In this document: in pieces, positions 55,595-64,000 of the stretch
How positions within the stretch are numbered: position 1 is the first letter of the stretch
Layout of the letters: each line of letters begins with the position of its first letter
Assembly (NCBI GenBank): GCA_013265495.1
Contig: MU057701.1
Coordinates: 930,001 to 994,000, forward strand
Origin: Vicugna vicugna
Taxonomy: Eukaryota
Direction: 5' to 3'
Length of the DNA stretch: 64,000 bases
The notes under the pieces: generated by a model
The model's input: the letters and a program-made list of their open reading frames with translations, nothing else
Told to the model about the DNA's origin: nothing
The model's database searches: none
Translations under genes and position numbers: made by a program

Positions 55595-56681
55595 TGAATT
55601 TAGACTCAATGATAGTTGGTTTATTATGTAGATGGGGGCGGTGTGCAGCTGAGTTTACTCAGTGGGCCACCAAATCAGAAAGCCAAACTCGTGATAAAAG
55701 ATGTGACAAGGGATCAAAAGAGAGAGAAAGGAGATAGATGAAGTGCATGATGTGACCTGAGTTGAGGTCAGGTACACAAGTGGACATTATTCATACCTAT
55801 TTATTTTGTCAAGAATCCTTAATTCCCCAATTTCATACTGAGTTTTGGTGAAATTAAATTTGAATGACCTAGTTAATTAAATTTTTCTTCTGTTTACATT
55901 CCTGATGGATCCAAGCATGCTAGCACATGTCACAGTGTTTAATGATAGGTAGATCCTACTCAACAACCTAAAACTTCTGATTATGGAAATTGTTAAATGT
56001 CAGAGTTGGATTTGGAATAATAATCCCTGGTGTATCCATCACTCACATAAATAATTTGTCAACACTTGGCCTCTTTCTCTACTCACCTTTACCGAAAAGT
56101 TAATTTTGAAGCAAGTAAATTATTATCTGTAAATATTCATGTATCTTCTAAACATTGAGGACTTAAAATCCCATCACAGTGTCATTCTTATACGTAATAG
56201 GTTCTTGATATCAGCAAATAATCCAGTCAGGGAAATTCGTTTTTACGCACCATCACCATAGGCCATTTTTAGCCTTGGACAGTGGTTTTCCACCTGGACT
56301 GCATATACCTTGGGATTATCTGGAGTGCTTGTACAAAATGGTGGTTTCCTGTTCCCATTACATACCAATTGAACTTGGATATAGTGTCATTTTTTAAAGT
56401 TGCCCAGGTGATTTTGATGCACAGTAAAGATGGAGGCATATTCTAAGATCTCTGTGGCCGAAAGCTACAGAAGTAGTTGCTAGAACACAGGTATAGATAC
56501 GATTCCCTTGAATTTTCAAAAAAGTGTAAAATGTAGATAAAGATGGAGATAGTTTATTCTCAACAAGGTTGTTGAAGGAACTGCCAGGTGTTTATTTCTG
56601 TCTGGTATATACTGATACTCAAATATAGACATTGTTCTCTTAAAACAACATTCAGAAGGTAAACTTGAAATTTTTTTTTAG

Positions 56682-56876
<195 letters not shown>

Positions 56877-57624
56877 TAAGGTCAAGCCCTTAAGATATTT
56901 TTTCCTTACATTTTTCTAATGAACTGTATCCTTGTTAAATATAGCAAAAATATAGTGTAGAATATAATGTACATACTTGCTCTTCTGGTGTTTGGCTGGA
57001 TGATAACACTATGTTTTTAACTTGAGATATTATAAGTCACCAGTTTACTTTCAAATGAATTGCCTTAGGAATCTTAGAATATCTTGAGAGTAAGTTTGTG
57101 TAGGAGTTGGAGAAGTGGACCAATCCTATGAACATCCTCTGGTCTAGTGAGCAGTTTTCCTCTTGCCTCCTGAAAAGTGACAGGTTAAGAAAATCTGTTT
57201 TTCTGTTACTGAATTAACATTTCTTAACCCATTCAGAACCTAACCGTCCCCTTTCAGACACTCATGAATTGGCAAGTTTCATCAGCCCTCCTTCCACTAT
57301 TTCAGATACTGAAATGTGGTTCAGGAAGTATGCAAAAAGACCTTAAGAGAGAATACATAGTGAGTATTGTGCTAAGTGAAATAAGTCAGAGTAAGACAAA
57401 CACTGATTTCTGTAATGTGTGGAATGTTAAACACACACAAGCTCATTGATAACAGATTTTTGGTTGCCAGAGGTGGAGGGATAGGAGAAATGGGTAAACT
57501 GTTTTTTTGGTTTTGTTTTTAGCTTAAATAAATTGAGGGGAAAAGAAAAAAAAGAGTAAATAAAGATATCTAGAAATGTGCCGTATTTGTGGGATTATAT
57601 TGTTTTGTTTTTAAATACTTCCAG

Positions 57625-57717
57625 GAAGAGGAAGATCAAAATGTTGTGCCAGAAACTACCTCTGAAGTCTATACATTCCAAGTTCAGGATGGCACTGCTG
57701 GGACCTTTAACTTTTAG
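57625..57717 (+). CDS. KPNA2: KPNA2 exon 11 coding part ([11 protein letters not shown]...GTFNF*)
   Basis: ttccag| acceptor; TAG at 57715-57717; the joined CDS gives 529 aa. Confidence 0.95.
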   Translation, partial: EEEDQNVVPETTSEVYTFQVQDGTAGTFNF

Positions 57718-57969
57718 ATTGTACAGCTGAGGCGTAAAGTTGTTTGTTGTGTGCTATGTTTGGTATAAGTTTGTCTTACTGTTTCTCTACTAAGAATAAG
57801 TTTGTCGTTTCTCTACTAAGAACTCTTTTTAAATGTGGTTTGTTACTGTAGCACTTTTTACAACAAAACTATACTTGAACAGTTCCAAACTGTACATACT
57901 GTATGAAGCTTCTCCTGTCAATGGGTTTCTAATTTCTGTGTGAAACTTCATATCTTGCAGTGTCCTGTA

Positions 57970-57982
57970 AATAAAGATTAAA
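57970..57982 (+). promoter_or_regulatory. KPNA2: KPNA2 polyadenylation signal(s)
   Basis: AATAAA at 57970-57975 and ATTAAA at 57977-57982, followed by U/GU-rich sequence. Confidence 0.8.
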
Positions 57983-58179
57983 TTCCACCCTTTTCTTCAC
58001 TTTATTGTGCCTATGTGTTGCTTTCTAATCTAATCTGATTAGCTCTTAAATGTTGCTAATTAAGAGGAACTAAACTGAATCAGTGTGACTAACCAGGCCT
58101 GTGGTTCTGGTTGCAGGCATTGTTTGATGTAAGGTTTGTCATGTCCTCAAGGATACAGGGTTGACAACTTCCTGCCTGC

Positions 58180-58313
58180 TTTTTTTGTTTTTGTTTGTTT
58201 GTTTTGTGGGGGTGGGTAATTAGGTTTACTTATTTATTATTATTTTTTTATTTAATGGAGGTGCTGGGGATGGAACCCATGACCTCATGCATGCTAAGCA
58301 TGCATCTCCCCCC
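58180..58313 (-). mobile_element. tRNA-derived SINE (Vic-1-like) lacking the A-box segment
   Basis: Tail and B-box region are present; the ctaccactgagctata segment is absent. Confidence 0.75.
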
Positions 58314-61300
58314 TTGCCCACTTCTGAGTTCCTGGCTTTGCTCTAGGCTGCTTCCACTCTTGTTTGGTAATAATGGCCGTTGGCACTTTCAAACTTCATA
58401 TCTATTTTATACCAGTTAAAGAAATTTCAGAAGTTTTCACCAAAGAACAAGTAAAATTCCCATAAGCCAGTATCTCTGTAAGTCTTACTGGCGAGGGCGA
58501 TGGGATAAAAATTTAATCATAAATTTCTCCTGGAGCTGCAAGTGGAATTCATTCCTCCCAAACTTCAAGGCTGAAAGTGGTTTCAAGGCAGCAGGTTGAC
58601 ATCACCTGGGAAAGTTTGCCCGGTAGTTCTGTTTAATTAGTAAGGGGTGGGGGGGACCAGAGTGTTGTATCTTTTAATTAACCCCCAAGTGCTCCATCTT
58701 TGCAGTTTGGGCTGTGAAAGCCACTACTATGAGGACTAGCTATGCTGTTAGAATAGGAAGTGGTGGGGAGCATGTTGGGTGTTAACTACAGTATCCCGCA
58801 AGTCTTAGGAAAAACGAAATGTGTCTGCAAAGTACTACTGTCAGTTTCTGCTTTTTGGACAAGTGGAAAAGTGATGAGCCAAGTCTCCACCACTGAAATC
58901 TGACCTCTGCCTGCCTTTTTTCCCCACAGAAGGTAAAGCTTTGGTGGCAGAGGTGGAGATTTGGGGGGAAGATTCAAGTTGAAAGTGATTTATGACCTTT
59001 AAGAGCTACTGTGTTCAGTAAAACTAGATAGTTCTTGAAGTCAGTTGTATAGTGTGATGGGTTTCCTTTTACCTTCTATTAAAGGGTACAGAGGACATTC
59101 TCCCCCCAGTTCATCGATATATACATAAATACATTTGCCATTTGCAGATAGCAGGCCCTTGGAAGTTCTCTCCACAAATAAGGCTTGTCTTGTTAATCTG
59201 AAGCCAAGTTCCTCATGGGGAACACAAAACCTGTTACAGATGTTTCTCCTAAGTGTTGGGCATCTTGTTTGGAGCCCTGGTCATTTTCTCAGCTTTCTCT
59301 GTATACAGGCTTCATTCCATAAAGGGGAAGGAGGAGACAAGTAACCAGACTGCCGCTCTGCAGCCTGTCCTCCCTTCCCTGTTTACCTCTTGGCTCCGCT
59401 CCCCTTTTCTCCACCTTTTTCCCAACACAGTCCCTTGTTGGTTGCTGGATCCAAAAGTCTTTAACTTGGAAAGAGAATGTGGAAGTAAACCTGGAATCCT
59501 AGGTTTTTGCATTAAGGTAGGTAGAGATTTAATGGCTTTAAAGTAACTAGGGTAACACACACTGATGAAAGGATAAGGTCTGGATTTGTTAGTGTAAATG
59601 CATGACTCAGTGAAGTAATGGACAGGAGACAGCTGAATTCCAAAAATACATTTTCATATTTTGGATAAAATTTTTTGTTTTGGGTTTTTTTTTTTGGTGG
59701 GTTTTGGTTTTTTTGTTTTAGATAAAATTCTTAACATACTGGTTTCTTTGGAGTTAAAATCGAAACAAGAGAGGCTTGTTTGTTGTTATTGAACTTAACT
59801 TAAAATCTTAGATCTTTGAGAATGAATTTTTATTTTCAGCTTGATTTCATAAAGTCATGATAAAGTGCTATATAGCCACCAACTCTTTACTCTTTCACAG
59901 TAATAATGTTTAAACTGGTTCTATTAATGAGCTACAGTATTTAGCTCCTAACAGTTTTGAGTCTCATCTAAGACTTTAATAATTTATTTCCCTATAACTT
60001 ACTTTTGTATTAGTTTTATGAGTCAAATATCAAAACTGCTGACACTTAATTTGCTTGTTGAAAAAATCTTTAAAAAGTTATTAAAAGATCAAACATCAGT
60101 GTTAAACATTTCACAAAATATTGATTGTAAATTGTTACCTTGTATCTTGGCTTCAAATCCTATCAAGCTACTTGAATATTTTTAGAACAAGGTAGGAAAT
60201 AAACATTCCATTTCTTAAGGTTGCTTGATTCCTCCCCCCCATCCTCAACCTTTCTGTGGCTGTATCATCACTGAAAAAAATTCTAGATAATTTCTTGTTA
60301 CAGTAAATCCTCATTGTTAAATAGGATTTTTGCTTCAGCATTTGGCCCCATAAATTGCTCTTTTTTTTTTTTTTGAGCTTCCCAGAATCAATTCAATTAA
60401 AGCCAAAATTATGCTCACTAAAGTGGCATGTTCCTTTCCATTCTAAACAGCAGTAGAAGCAGCATCTTCAGTGTTGTTTGTATGGGCAGTTAGAAACCTT
60501 GTGAGCTACAGGACCCCACTTTCAGAAAGCTGTTAAGGGAAGTGTAGCTGGCGGCTTCTGACCTCCCTCCATCCTTGCTGAAGCTTGCCAAAACCCAGCT
60601 GGCTGATTTTGGAAAGCCCTTGAAATATGTCATTAATGGTGCTTTCTTTTGAGATTCGGCTGTTGACCTAATTTGTGATAAACAAGACCTGGCCAAATCT
60701 TGCAGTGGTGCTCCCCTCCCCCAAAGGAAAGCATTCGTGAAAAGTGTTTCAGCAACATCACTGATTTAAGTTTCATAACTCCAGCTAATAAAGATGATAA
60801 AAAACACTCAAGCTATCAAGTGGGGTTTTTTGAGGGCAGAAGAGCAATTTAATTTTGAGCATTTGTAAGTTAAATGGCATGTTGTTGGCATAGTTTGAAA
60901 GCATAATTCTGGTGTCTATAAATGCCCAGCTCCTCCTAAATATTTGGGACAGTTTCATAACACTGTGTAGGAGTTGTACACACCAAACCCTCTTAAATTG
61001 ATCAGTTCGTGCATTCCTCCCAGGCTTTTCACAATCAGAATGGTCTTTCCCTATCCTAGTTCTGGGAGGTGGTGCAGTAGAATGGACTAGTAGCCAGGAG
61101 CCAAATCAGCTTGAGTTTTCCAATACTGCCTATACTGTATTTTTAGCAGGTGACTTTTGGTCTGTTGGAGGACCACAATCCCTGGCGTGACATAAGCACT
61201 CTACAGATACTAAGTGCTATACAGTCTTAATAGCCTAGACAACTATTCCAGCCACAGGTCAGTTTATCCCTAAACATTTTAACAGCAAAGCTTTCTTTTA

Positions 61301-62481
61301 GTTCTTCCACAGACATCTATTTTGATATATTTTACCTCCTAGGCTAAGTGTATTATTACTCTCCTTTTTTTCCTTGTCAATCGCAGATACTCATCATTTT
61401 GAGACACCATGTGGATTGTTTCTATCCTCAATGGTAGGATTCTACCCAAAGTTAGATGTTCTGTCAGCCGTTAGGCCTTTTACAGGCTTGCCAGAGCTTT
61501 CTGAACAGTGGAACTGGCCAAGGTCCACCAGTTTTTTCAGGGATGGCCTTTGCAGCTAAACCCAGTGAGGACTCTGAGTTCTCTTCCTGTGCCCACCATT
61601 CCCCTTTCTCTTAATTCTATTGGACAGTTTACTTGGGGGCACCTCCTCATCTATCTACTCACTGGCCATGAGAACAGCCCCATCTGAGCCACCCAACTTG
61701 GTGAGGATTTGCTCGGAAGCTTGTCAGTATAGACAATAGATCGGCCTTTCCTTACAAGTGACATGAAATTCCTCAAGTGAGCAAAACTTTCACCAAGAGA
61801 CAGCAAAACAGCTATATTTTCTGCTCTTAAATGTCTAGAACTTGAGCAGGTTCAGGTAGAGATACTGGAAGCTTAGCCATAAAAACAAGGGAATTTGAGG
61901 AAGGATTGGATGAATCAGAAAACTGAATTAACTCAAAGTGAATGCAAAGTCAAAGTACAATATAAATACAGAAATATCAGAAGGCTGTTCCGATTGTAGC
62001 TACAAAAGATACTTTTTTTTTTTCAGCAAAACTGTTGGACTATAGGAGAAATGTGGAAATACATGTAGAAATGAGACCTTTGTAGACTCTGGCTTAGATC
62101 AAAGTTTTAGGTGACCAGGGACTATCCCCACTGTCTGTTTTCTGCTTGTCCTTTCAACCAATGTCTCTGTCACTCTGAGGAAACATTAGGTTAGTGAATA
62201 CAAAAGTTACATCTTTTTTTTCTTTTTGGTAACTTAGTAAAATAACTTTTCCTAATTCCAGAAGTAATCCTTATTTTGGAAAATTTTAAAAACACACCAC
62301 CACAAAGATTAAAATAGCCTAACATCCCACCATTGGATTGTATATTTTTTCATAAATGGAAATTCTTTTTTTGAAGTTATTTTTAATTTCAATAAAAATG
62401 AATACAAGAAAAAGAGTATAACCACAAGACATTTACTTAGTAGTTACACGTACATGATTAAACATATTAATAGTACTGAAT

Positions 62482-62670
62482 ATTTTTATTGAGGTAGAGT
62501 TGATTTACAGTATTAGTTTCAGGTGTACAACTAATTGCACAATAGTACTTCAAGATTTTTATAGATTGTACTCCATTTATAGTTATTATAAAGTATTGGC
62601 CACATTCCCTGTGCTGTACAATATATCCTTGTAGCTCATGTATGTTATACATAGCAGTTTGTATAGCTAG
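62482..62670 (-). mobile_element. LINE-1 3' end fragment
   Basis: tttttattgaggtagagttgatttaca..gtttcaggtgtaca..ttccctgtgctgtacaata. Confidence 0.7.
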
Positions 62671-63679
62671 AAATTTTTCGTTAGAAAGTTCGGTTCTCAA
62701 AGTTGTAGCTGCCTTCAAAATATTACAAACTTGAGCTGTAGATCTTCGCAATTTATTTTCTACATATTTGAGGCGTGCCTGGTTTCTCAATGTCACCATC
62801 TGAGCCTGCTTCATGCAGTGGTTTAAGATCTCAGGCCGAGGCTTTAGCTGCAGTTTGACTGAAGGACTCAACTTGAACAGGAGTTTGAAATGCTGTCCCT
62901 GAAAGATGGCATTTGGTGGACATTCATTCCAAAAGCATGATGAAGCTCACGAGGAATGCGGCGCCTTGGTCCCGGGAAAGAGAAGAGGGCAGGGGTTTGT
63001 ATTTCTCTCTTTGGCCTGCAGTTCGGCTTCCCTGCAGGCCCCAGAGGGTGGGCGGTAACTGTACTGTTTGGCTCCCCAGCCTCCTGCCGACAGCCAGGCC
63101 TCTGAGAGGCAAATCGCACGCTTCCCCGGCCGCCGCCGCCTGGGAAATGGTTCCAAACTGTTACTGGGAAGCAGGGAACTTGCCTGGCCTTCACCAGCAT
63201 AACCCGATCTGTCATTCTCTTCGGGAATTGGCTCTCTTTCCAGGCCTCCGTCTTTGCTTTGGGGGTAACAACTGCCATCTCCCCCTGGTATTTCTGCTGC
63301 AGTAATTGTGCTTGCCCTTCTCCTAGGAGGCCGGGGGAATTTGCTAGCCAAAGTCACAGCTGGCTCCCAGATGGCTCTCCGCCCCATGACCCCACCAACA
63401 GCCCCACAAAGATTGGCTTGGGAGGTTTAAACTTGGATGCCTGCGGACCCCCACCCTGAGAGATTTATGGGCTCAGGCCTTGGAGAGCGCAAATCTCTAG
63501 AGGTGGGTTGGGGCTGATCTGTTTCCTTTTGTTGCATGTTCTAGAATTCGGCCTGAAACAGAAAAGGTTGACCTCATTCTTACCCCACCCGGAGATTAAG
63601 TAAGGATAACTAGATAACTAGAAAGCTATTACTGACATTGCTAAATTACCTGGCAAAGAAAGTGTCTGTCTCTGTCTCT

Positions 63680-63683
<4 letters not shown>

Positions 63684-63734
<51 letters not shown>
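63684..63734. repeat. (AC)25 microsatellite
   Basis: Perfect dinucleotide run. Confidence 0.95.
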
Positions 63735-63737
<3 letters not shown>

Positions 63738-64000
63738 AGTTTTCGAGGGTATGTTCTTTAGGACACTGAGTATGACATCAAAATGACCTAAGAAGATTGT
63801 CATCTCCAGTTCCCAGAATGAGAACATCCACCCCATTCAGGTGGAAATGAGCAACAGAGCCCAGTTTCTCCTTGCAAAGAAATTCTCCTCCTGCGTCTAT
63901 TTCCTGGAGATAATGCAGAGAATGCTAGCAGGTTTCTAACATACTTCAGCTGTTCAGGAAATGCTTTAAATAATTTCCTGCTCCAGAGAATAGGAGGAGG

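Overview
Mammalian genomic DNA, most likely a camelid: it carries nine copies of a tRNA-derived SINE resembling the camelid Vic-1 family. It is the BPTF–C17orf58–tRNA-Arg(CCG)–KPNA2 syntenic block. Left to right: (1) the last eight coding exons and 3' UTR of BPTF (+; PHD fingers and bromodomain); (2) a complete four-exon C17orf58 orthologue (−; 305 aa, signal peptide, Pro/Arg/Ala linker, NTR-type domain); (3) a repeat-rich intergenic region with a 5'-truncated processed EEF1A1 pseudogene; (4) a tRNA-Arg(CCG) gene (−); (5) the complete 11-exon KPNA2 gene (+; 529 aa) with a CCAAT/CHR-type CpG-island promoter. All exon boundaries were checked by hand for GT-AG and frame continuity. I see no evidence of a wholly new biological system. 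The best leads are a symmetric 174-nt BPTF exon that switches one PHD finger to two, candidate alternative BPTF last exons, unusual splice architecture in C17orf58, a microhomology-bounded 148-bp templated insertion, and non-conservative KPNA2 substitutions. Comparisons with human proteins and repeat-family names come from recall, not from searches.
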